Shown here: piece by piece, positions 1-6,650 of the stretch | Numbering within the stretch: the stretch's first letter is position 1 | Layout of the letters: each line of letters begins with the position of its first letter | Assembly: GCF_006345805.1 (NCBI RefSeq) | Contig: NW_021828657.1 | Coordinates: forward strand, 1-7,932 | DNA from: Octopus sinensis | Lineage: Eukaryota | DNA length: 7,932 bases | Direction: 5' to 3' | Made by a program: the position numbers and the translations under genes | Notes under the pieces: model-generated | Seen by the model: only the letters and a program-made list of their open reading frames with translations | Told to the model about the DNA's origin: nothing | The model's database searches: none

Positions 1-175
1 TATTTTTATTGTAATCTTTGTCCATTACTGTTGATGTTGTTTTCCTCCTTACTGGTTGTTGCTGTTGTTGTGTTGTTGTTGATCGGTGCTATATTCCTGT
101 TTACCGTTTTCGATTTACTTCTAAATATTGCGTCAATATGTCTTTGCATGTTGTTTGTGCCGACGGATTCGCATG

Positions 176-377
176 CATGTATGTATGTGTATAGACATAC
201 ATACATATATATATGTATATATATGTATATATACTATATATATATATATATTATTATATATATATATACATACCAAAACATACATACATATATATATATA
301 TTGTATATTATATATATTATATACATACAAACATACATACATATATATATATATGTATATATATATATTATATATAT

Positions 378-409
<32 letters not shown>

Positions 410-465
410 CATATATGTATATATACATTATATATATATATATATATTATATATATATATATATT

Positions 466-497
<32 letters not shown>

Positions 498-500
498 TAT
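176..500. repeat. (TA)n-dominated compound microsatellite
   Basis: Continuous imperfect TA/TACA/TATG dinucleotide tract; source of the spurious Y/I-rich ORFs. Confidence 0.97.
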
Positions 501-518
501 TTATTTTATAGAAGGAGC

Positions 519-562
519 TTCTACAGGACTAGAACTGTTTCATCAAATGAAATCATCAGGAA
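519..562 (-). ncRNA. Type I hammerhead ribozyme-like motif (HHR-1), PLE/retrozyme-type
   Basis: Minus strand reads TTC-CTGATGA-TTTCATTTGAT-GAA-ACAG-TTCTAGTC-CTGT-A-GAA. Core CUGAUGA at 559-553, GAAA at 541-538, stem III ACAG(538-535)/CTGT(526-523), cleavage triplet GUA (A17=522), stem I TTC(562-560)/GAA(521-519). Stem II is weak (TC/GA around ATTT, U.U at 10.1/11.1). AATAAA follows at 505-500. Confidence 0.6.
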
Positions 563-692
563 TACATATATATATGTATTTATATATGTATATTTGCGTA
601 TGTATATATGTGCGTGTGTGTGTATATATACACATATATATATATTTAAATATATGCACATATATATATATGTGTGCGTGAGTGTGTGTGTG
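563..692. repeat. (TA)n/(TG)n compound microsatellite
   Basis: Imperfect TA and TG dinucleotide runs flanking the HHR-1 island. Confidence 0.95.
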
Positions 693-884
693 TTTCCATG
701 TTTATTCATGTTTCCGTCTGTTGCGTCAACTGTTATCGTTATAATCCGATGTCGCAACATTCCGCCACCGATTTCAGTCCCACTCCCACCACTACCACTG
801 CCACCACCGGCAAAAAAAAAAAAAATTAAATTGAAGAAATATCGTAAGAGATTCAGTTCGGCGTTGTTAGGGATCCGATGATCG

Positions 885-1013
885 TGAGCCCCTGGGTTGA
901 TCACTTCTTTCATCAACCCCGAAAAAAATGAAGGACAATCGTCGGCATCGACGAGGATTTAACCTCAAAACGCCGGATCGAATACTGCGGGGGAATATTT
1001 TGTCCATTGCTAA
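885..1013 (-). mobile_element. Highly diverged tRNA-derived SINE remnant (family 1)
   Basis: ttctttcatcaaccccgaaaaaaatgaagg...ggatttaacctcaaaac aligns by eye with 4755-4818 (acttatttcattgaccccgaaaggatgaaag...ggaatttgaactcagaa), part of the full minus-strand SINE at 4612-4885. Left boundary approximate. Confidence 0.55.
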
Positions 1014-1103
1014 GGCGGCCGGTCAATAGGCAGAAATGTTAGTACGCCGGACAAAATTCAGCCCAATTTCAGGCCTCGTACCTATAGTAGAAAAGATTAT
1101 TAT
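1014..1103 (+). mobile_element. Internally deleted tRNA-derived SINE (family 1)
   Basis: 5' head ggcggc..ggcagaaatgttagtacgccggacaaaat is joined at about 1057-1062 to the 3' end cccaatttcaggcctcgtacctatagtagaaaagattattat; both parts match the copies at 4612-4885 and 6651-6866. The B box region is missing. Confidence 0.72.
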
Positions 1104-1139
1104 CATCGTTCCAACCACGACCATATCATCTTTTATATA

Positions 1140-1714
1140 TTGGGTTGTCCGGAAAGTTCGTGCCGATTCTTAAATGAAAGAAAATGGTCAATAAATACTT
1201 GCCATCACTCAAGCTTTACCAAGTGTTCATGAACGACGGATTTTGATAGGTTGAGGCTTTCTGCCTATTCTCGGGTTGTGCAATGTAGGTTATTCTCAAT
1301 TAATGACTTGATTTGGTCATCATCTGTAGTGGATGGTCTGCCTGATTGCTCTTTATCAATAAGGCTGCAATCTGCAGCTCGGAACCTTGCGAACCACATC
1401 CGTACAGTTCTTTTGGATAAAGAAACATCACCGTAAACTGCGCATATTTCTTTGGTTGCTTGTGAGGCATTTTCCCCTTTACGGAAAAAGAAAAGCATCA
1501 AGTGCCGAAAATGAACTTTCTTATCTTCCAATTTTAAAGGGTTACAGAATTAATACAGGTTATAGGAACATAAACCTTCTTGCACGAAAATATAGCTTAA
1601 ACTGTGCTCTAAATGGAGGTATAATCAAATCCTATTTTATGGACTCAACCATGTTCTAAAATAAGTCGAAAGGTAAGCTACTATAAATCGGCACGAACTT
1701 TCCTGACAGCCCAA
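1140..1714 (-). mobile_element. Non-autonomous mariner (Tc1/mariner) deletion derivative, 575 bp
   Basis: 29-bp TIRs ttgggttgtccggaaagttcgtgccgatt (1140-1168) and aatcggcacgaactttcctgacagcccaa (1686-1714), with 2 mismatches. TA target duplication at 1138-1139 and 1715-1716. Internal transposase remnant present. Confidence 0.93.
1208..1531 (-). pseudogene. Mariner transposase N-terminal HTH DNA-binding region, disrupted
   Basis: Translates EDKKVHFRHLMLFFFRKGENASQATKEICAVYG...RTVRMWFARFR..D.SL.DKEQSGRPST.DDDQIKSLIENN...TTRE*AESLNLSKSVVHEHLVKLE, the typical mariner bipartite HTH (WF..F, SGRP, TTRE.A..L). Start is TTG (aaaattggaa) rather than ATG, with an in-frame TAG at 1267-1265. WVPHEL and the DD34D domain are absent. 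Confidence 0.9.
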
Positions 1715-1839
1715 TATTTCTATGGTTGCTCTATTGTCCACTGTATCGTTTCGTTTTCACGTTCGATATGATGAACTTTAAAAGGAGTTTGGCTATTTCT
1801 TGCAGTTAGTTCGAGCAGGCTTTGGTCAATGTTAGATAT

Positions 1840-1904
1840 GGTGGTGGCTGTGGGGGCGGTCGGTGGTAGCAGTAGTGGTGGTGGTGGTGGTGGTGGTGGT
1901 GGTG
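1840..1904. repeat. (GGT)n trinucleotide tract
   Basis: Near-pure GGT run at 1876-1904 with a degenerate 5' part. Confidence 0.95.
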
Positions 1905-2028
1905 CTAGTAGACATTGTTGGAGTATTAACATAGACTTGTGCTGTCCGTTAGAGATAAGTTGTCTGTAAAATTGTAAAGTATTAACATGCATTTGACAGA
2001 CGGATGGAATAAGCATTGATGATATAAC

Positions 2029-2434
2029 GGTGGTGGCGGTGGCGGTGGAGGTGGAGGTGATGACGAAGGGGGCGATGGTGGTGATGGTGGTGGTTTAGAC
2101 GGAGGCAGTTGTAGTGGTGGTGGTGGTGACGGAGATGGTGACGAGGTGGTGACGAAGGCGATGCTGGTGGTGGCGGTGGAGGTGGTGACGGGGATGGTGA
2201 CGGAGGTGGTGACGAGGTGGTGGCGGTGGTGGTGGTGGTGGCGGCGGTTGTGGTGATGATGGTGGTACTTGCGATGGTGATGGTGGTGGCGGTGGTGACT
2301 GAGGCGATGGTGGTGGTGATGGTGATGGTGGAGTAGTAGAAGTAATGATGGTGGAAATAATGATGATGATGATGATGAGCATAGTGGTGGTGGTCGTGAT
2401 GGTCGTGGTGGCGCTTGTGATGGTGATGACGATG
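2029..2434. repeat. Degenerate (GGT/GGC/GAT)n trinucleotide satellite
   Basis: About 400 bp of GGT-based triplets with recurring ggtgacg(g)aggtggtg motifs. Confidence 0.93.
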
Positions 2435-2439
2435 GCTCT

Positions 2440-2671
2440 CATCATGACAACTATCACCATCATCACAACCAGCCCAGAACGGCAACCACCACCATCATAA
2501 TCCTCCTCACCACCACCACCGCCACAACCACCGCCGCCGCCACCACCGCCACCACCACCACCACAACCACCGCCGCCGCCGCCGCCACCACCACCACCAC
2601 TACCGCGGCCGCCGCCATCACCACCATCACCACCACCGCCCCAACCACTACCACCATCACCGCCACCACCA
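2440..2671. repeat. Degenerate (CCA/CCG)n trinucleotide satellite
   Basis: About 230 bp of CCA/CCG/CAT triplets, the complement of the preceding tract. Confidence 0.93.
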
Positions 2672-2814
2672 TAATTTAATCAATCGGTCTACCCACATAC
2701 ATGGCACTACCCCCCAACACCCAGACACACCCTTACAGTCAACAACAAGTATTTATTTACTTCTTACACAAGATTCAGTATCAACTTTACACCGAGAACT
2801 CTTGTCCATATTCT

Positions 2815-2841
2815 ACACACACACACACACACACACACACA
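2815..2841. repeat. (CA)n microsatellite
   Basis: Pure AC run. Confidence 0.97.
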
Positions 2842-2865
2842 ACAAACCTACGTGCATTCATAAAA

Positions 2866-3100
2866 ACATATATACATACAAATATACATACATATACATA
2901 ATATAGTATATGCATATACATATACGCATATATATGTGTGTGTGTTTATGTATGCGTATATACACGTACATGTATAACTGTATGTGTGTTTACATATGCA
3001 TGTATGAGATTTTGTGTATATATATGTATATCTGTATGAATGTATATATATTTCTGTACACACACACATACTTACAGACACACACATGTATTTATGCATT

Positions 3101-3134
<34 letters not shown>

Positions 3135-3246
3135 TGTATGTATGTATGTATGTATTATGCATGTATGTATTAGGTATGTATATATGTAAGCATATATACA
3201 CTCCCGCGCACAAACATATTTATTGTCTTTATACATATATGTGATG

Positions 3247-3309
<63 letters not shown>

Positions 3310-3385
3310 ATATAAGTATGCATGTAATTATAGACGTATATATATGCACTTACACGTATGTATGTATACTCACATATACACGTAT
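2866..3385. repeat. Compound (TA)n/(TG)n/(TATG)n microsatellite
   Basis: Includes a near-pure (TATG)n at about 3103-3153 and (TA)n at about 3250-3312. Confidence 0.95.
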
Positions 3386-3582
3386 ATGTTCGTGTTATTT
3401 TAAACAGGAGTACTGTTACATTATGAGGCTATTTGCAATGTATAGCTACTCGTACTAATTTGCAATATATACGTGTTTGGAGAACTGCTTTTGCTGAGAA
3501 AGCAATGTGCTACATACGCATACAAGGACTGGTGCCTGCATACAGCTATTCAAAGTCACTAATGTATATACATTTATACACT

Positions 3583-3693
3583 CACACATATATGTACGCA
3601 TGCATATACAATATTTGTATAGATACAATACATATATATAAATATAAATATATATACATACACATATATATATATATGTATATGTATGTATAT
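3583..3693. repeat. (TA)n-rich microsatellite
   Basis: Imperfect TA/TACA run. Confidence 0.9.
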
Positions 3694-3733
3694 AGCCATT
3701 TTAGCCACTTCTCCGTAGAATGAAGACAATTAT

Positions 3734-3790
3734 AAACAACCTTAATAACTTCGATTTTCGAAAGTTATTGGGGTCTCATCAGAGACGTCC
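3734..3790 (-). ncRNA. Weak or degenerate hammerhead ribozyme-like motif (HHR-2)
   Basis: Minus strand CTGATGA (3782-3776), G10.1 (3775), C11.1 (3760), GAAA (3759-3756). Possible stem III AAT/ATT, triplet UUA (A17=3743), stem I GTCT/AGGT with G.U pairs. Stem II is only 2 bp, and a strong competing hairpin (3744-3769) buries the GAAA. Confidence 0.3.
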
Positions 3791-3872
3791 ACATCATCCT
3801 GACAGTCTTCAGAGAAACAAGCAGCCAAACTGTTTACATACTTAACAAATGCAGCAGTTACTCTATGAAGGA

Positions 3873-3887
3873 TAATATATATATATA

Positions 3888-3929
<42 letters not shown>
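3873..3929. repeat. (TA)n microsatellite
   Basis: Near-pure TA run. Confidence 0.96.
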
Positions 3930-3930
<1 letters not shown>

Positions 3931-4011
3931 GAATCGTCGGTTATTCATATATCCGAAAAAGAAACAGTGCAAAGCATTAGAGCAGTAATATACGTTTTTA
4001 GGAAGTTAAAA

Positions 4012-4077
4012 ATTTATGACCATTGGTTTCGCACCTATAAAGCGCATAGCAGTATAGGTGACTCGTTAGACTCAAAT
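4012..4077 (-). ncRNA. Type I hammerhead ribozyme remnant (HHR-3) with G5A core mutation
   Basis: Minus strand ATTTGAGT-CTAACGA-G-T-CACCTATA-(13 nt)-TATAGGTG-C-GAA-ACCAATGGT-C-ATAAAT. Core CUAACGA at 4069-4063 (consensus CUGANGA), G10.1-C11.1 pair (4062/4031), 8-bp perfect stem II, GAAA at 4030-4027, near-palindromic stem III ACCA/TGGT, GUC triplet (C17=4018), bulged stem I. Confidence 0.72.
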
Positions 4078-4248
4078 GGCTGTAGGGACATGACCTCTCT
4101 ACAACTGGAGGAAGAAATACATGATGGTCAGTTGGATTTGTAAACAAAACATAATTGTTATCACCCTCATATTTGCTCCGGGCGTTATGGTATTGGAAAG
4201 AGCCTGGAAGATCTGTTCAACGAATGGGGAATTCCAGGTCTGAACTAG

Positions 4249-4376
4249 ATGAGGGCATTGACTGAATACTTCTTTCCTGGAGTTCAAAAAGTTTCCCGGT
4301 TCAACCAAGTTTTTTTAGGATTCTCACCCACTCTTCCAGGTTGAGTAGTATCGTGGCCATTTGTAATCATTGAATA
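4249..4376 (-). pseudogene. PLE GIY-YIG endonuclease C-terminal remnant (frameshifted)
   Basis: LLNLEEWVRILK (from 4348), a 1-nt frameshift in the A7 run (4316-4310), then NLVEPGNFLNSRKEVFSQCPH (LNSRKEVFSQCPH at 4287-4249). Resembles the PLE C-terminal pattern C-x-LCL-x-EK..IL....LN-x-RSE..S-x-C-x-H as I recall it. YSMIT at 4376-4362 in another frame resembles the upstream YSNIT-like part. Confidence 0.5.
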
Positions 4377-4411
4377 AAAAAGTGCCGATGATTGGTCAAT
4401 TGTAAAGATTA

Positions 4412-4528
4412 CATAATGCCCAAATCACCCAGGAAGAGACTATGGCATTAAATATGGAAGTTTAGCCTCATAGTCCTTACTCTCCTGACTATGTTCCATC
4501 TGATTAGCATCCCTTCAGATCATTGCAC
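4412..4528 (+). pseudogene. Mariner transposase catalytic-domain fragment (YSPD..PSD motif)
   Basis: Frame from 4412 reads HNAQITQEETMALNMEV*PHSPYSPDYVPSD*HPFRSLH, colinear without gaps with the mariner H..A......L.WEVLPH.PYSPDLAPSDYHLFRSL block. The third catalytic Asp equivalent is GAT at 4502-4504; stops at 4463 and 4505. Confidence 0.85.
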
Positions 4529-4604
4529 ACTCAGAATATAGAGACGGACGAAATACCGCTAAGCATTTCGTCCGGCGTGCTAACGATTCTGCCAGCTCAC
4601 CGCC
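4529..4604 (-). mobile_element. tRNA-derived SINE 5' half (family 1), 3'-truncated
   Basis: Minus strand GGCGGTGAGCTGGCAGAATCGTTAGCACGCCGGACGAAATGCTTAGCGGTATTTCGTCCGTCTCTATATTCTGAGT; A box TGGCAGAATCG; breaks within the B box and abuts the mariner fragment. Confidence 0.85.
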
Positions 4605-4608
4605 TTCC

Positions 4609-4611
<3 letters not shown>

Positions 4612-4675
<64 letters not shown>

Positions 4676-4885
4676 TTCTCCAATAGGAACAAGGCCTGAA
4701 ATTTGGGAGAAGTAGGGTTAGTCGATTACATCGACCCCAGCACTCAACTGGTACTTATTTCATTGACCCCGAAAGGATGAAAGGGAAAGTTGACCTCGGC
4801 GGAATTTGAACTCAGAATGTAAAGACGGGCGAAATGCTGCTAAGCATCTTTCCTGGTGTGCTAACGATTCTGCCAGCTCGCCGCC
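4612..4885 (-). mobile_element. Full-length tRNA-derived SINE (family 1) with (ATT)n tail
   Basis: A box TGGCAGAATCGTT (4875-4863), B box GAGTTCAAATTCC (4813-4801), 210-bp body (4885-4676), and about 21 ATT tail units (plus-strand (TAA)n at 4612-4675). Confidence 0.9.
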
Positions 4886-4887
4886 TT

Positions 4888-4918
4888 AACAACAACTACA
4901 ACAACAACAACAACAACA
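4888..4918. repeat. (CAA)n microsatellite
   Basis: Near-pure CAA run. Confidence 0.93.
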
Positions 4919-5172
4919 CAGAATCGAAACAGAAATAGCGCGTGAGTTACTTATTGGCGAAATGAACCTCCCGAGATATAACATCTGTTTCAACAGACGA
5001 ATTCACATCAAGAATCTTTCAAAAACACATAGAAATGCGAAATTCCTCTTGATAGCCTTACCAAAAACGAAACTAGGAGAAAGAAGAAAAAAAACAAAAC
5101 AAAACAATAACACTAATGTAAACAACAACACAAGTTATAATTACAATAACAGCAAAAACACTAGCACGAAAC

Positions 5173-5910
5173 ACTACCACCACCACTACCACCACTACGA
5201 CCAACACAAACAACACCATTGCCACCACCGCCATCCCCACCACTACCACCCCGCTTCCACCACCAATACCACCACCACCAATACCACCACCACCACTACC
5301 GCGGTCGCCACCACTACCGTTTCCAACACCACCGTTGCAGCCACCACCACTACCACCCCACCATTACCATTACCACCACTACCACCAACACAAACAAAAC
5401 CATTGCCACCACCACCACCACCACCACCACCACCGCCGCTTCCACCACCACTACCACCACCGCCACCACTGCCACCACAGCCACCACCACCACGACCACC
5501 GCAACCGCGGTCGCCGCCACCACCGTTGCAGCCACCATCATTACCACCACCTCCTACCACCATCATCACCACCACCACTACCACCTTACCACCACCACTG
5601 CAACCACTACTACCAACACAAACACCACCATTGCCACCACCACTATCACCACCACCACTACCACGGCCGCCGCCCTCACCATTTCTACCACCACCCCACC
5701 ACCACCACCATTACCACCACCGCTACAGCAGCTACCACCACCATCACCACCACCATTACCACCACCCCACCACCACCATTACCACCACCACTACAGCAGC
5801 TACCACCACCATCACCATCACCACTACCACCACCATTATCGCCACCAGTACCATCCCTACCTTTTACCACCACCCCACCACCACCAACAACACAACAACA
5901 ACAACAACAA
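5173..5910. repeat. Degenerate (CCA)n satellite with higher-order units, ending in (CAA)n
   Basis: About 740 bp of CCA-based triplets with landmark motifs recurring at 5200/5384/5612, 5298/5504 and 5723/5791. Confidence 0.93.
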
Positions 5911-6050
5911 TAAGCATAAACCAAATATGTTTGACAACATAGTTTTGAGGGCGGAGATGTTTTCATATATTTTTGCGTTTGTTTTCTGTTCTTTTGCCAT
6001 TGTTTCTGTGTCACCAGCACTACAAAGATTATTATCGCTGCCATTATTAA

Positions 6051-6246
6051 GGCAAGTTGCTGGCAGAGTCGTTAGCAAGCCGGACAAAAATTTCTATGTC
6101 AGCTTTTTGCTTTCTGAGTTCAAACTACGCTGAGGTAGGCTTTGCATTTCTTCCTCTCGGAGTCTATAAAATTGTCCCAGCTGAGCCTAAGGGTTCATAT
6201 AATCGGCTCCGCCTCTCCCCAAAATTTTGTGCCAAAATTATTATTG
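6051..6246 (+). mobile_element. tRNA-derived SINE (family 1), diverged
   Basis: Head ggcaagttgctggcagagtcgttagc, B box gagttcaaac, tail ttgtgccaaaattattatt. Confidence 0.8.
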
Positions 6247-6249
6247 TTA

Positions 6250-6444
6250 ATGCGTAGTGGTATTTTGTCTGCCGTTACGTTCTGAGTTCAAATTCCACTG
6301 AGATCGACTTTGTCTTTCATCCTTTCGGGGTCGATAAATTAAGTACCAGTTGCGCACTAGGGTCGATCTAATCAACTTAATCACTTTGTCTGTCCTTGTT
6401 TGTCCCCTCTATGTTTACACCCTTGTGGGCAATAAAGAAATAAG
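6250..6444 (+). mobile_element. tRNA-derived SINE (family 1), 5'-truncated, alternative 3' end
   Basis: cgttctgagttcaaattccactgagatcgactttgtctttcatcctttcggggtcgataaattaagtaccagtt body, then a distinct end tttgtctgtccttgtttgtcccctct...gggcaataaagaaataag. Confidence 0.85.
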
Positions 6445-6648
6445 GAATCGTTAGCACGCTGGACGAAATGTTTAGCGGTATTTCTCCCAGCGCTACGTTC
6501 TGAGTTCAAATTCAACCGAGACCGACTTTACCTTTTATCCTTTTGGGGCTGATAAAATAAGTACCAATTAAGAACTGGGGTTGATATAAACGACTTACTC
6601 TCAGCACTAACATTGCTGGTCATGTGCCGAAAATCTGAAACCATTATT
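6445..6648 (+). mobile_element. tRNA-derived SINE (family 1), head slightly truncated
   Basis: gaatcgttagcacgctggacgaaatg...gagttcaaattc...aaaataagtacca..., tail attgctggtcatgtgccgaaaatctgaaaccattatt. Confidence 0.85.
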
Positions 6649-6650
6649 AA

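Larger units (their letters stand above)
3930..4376 (-). mobile_element. Penelope-like element (PLE) 3' remnant: endonuclease C-terminus, 3' UTR and hammerhead
   Basis: PLE-like C-terminal peptide (4376-4249) followed on the same strand by a hammerhead motif (4077-4012), ending at a (TA)n tract. This order matches known PLE pseudo-LTR organisation. Boundaries approximate. Confidence 0.55.

Noticed and set aside
6-881. Overlapping Y/I/C/V-rich ORFs (31-681, 128-511, 133-342, 234-428, 594-881); likewise those at 2701-3723 and 7016-7802
   Set aside because: Translations of (TA)n/(TG)n tracts, open in several frames on both strands with no domain signal.
1265-1531. Domesticated SETMAR-like gene or active transposase
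   Set aside because: No SET domain, no ATG, an in-frame stop, catalytic domain deleted, and both TIRs plus TSD still present.
1720-2672. Poly-Pro/His/Val ORFs (1720-2016, 1982-2485, 2095-2466, 2463-2672)
   Set aside because: Artefacts of GGT/CCA triplet repeats.
3806-3812. Fourth hammerhead core (minus-strand CTGAAGA)
   Set aside because: No stem II followed by GAAA at a usable distance.
4099-4308. Standalone 69-aa gene
   Set aside because: TTG start arises from a frameshift; only the first 20 residues resemble a PLE C-terminus and the rest looks like read-through into UTR.
4801-4885. tRNA gene calls for SINE heads (also 7133-7200)
   Set aside because: A/B boxes are present, but no cloverleaf or acceptor stem could be built, and each continues into a SINE body.
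4962-5942. 326-aa Pro/Thr/His-rich ORF resembling an extensin, mucin or formin FH1 region
   Set aside because: All three plus frames are open through the CCA tract because such triplets lack stops, and the frames swap poly-P/T/H blocks. No codon-position bias, splice evidence or globular domain is visible. Only RNA-seq or proteomics could rescue it.
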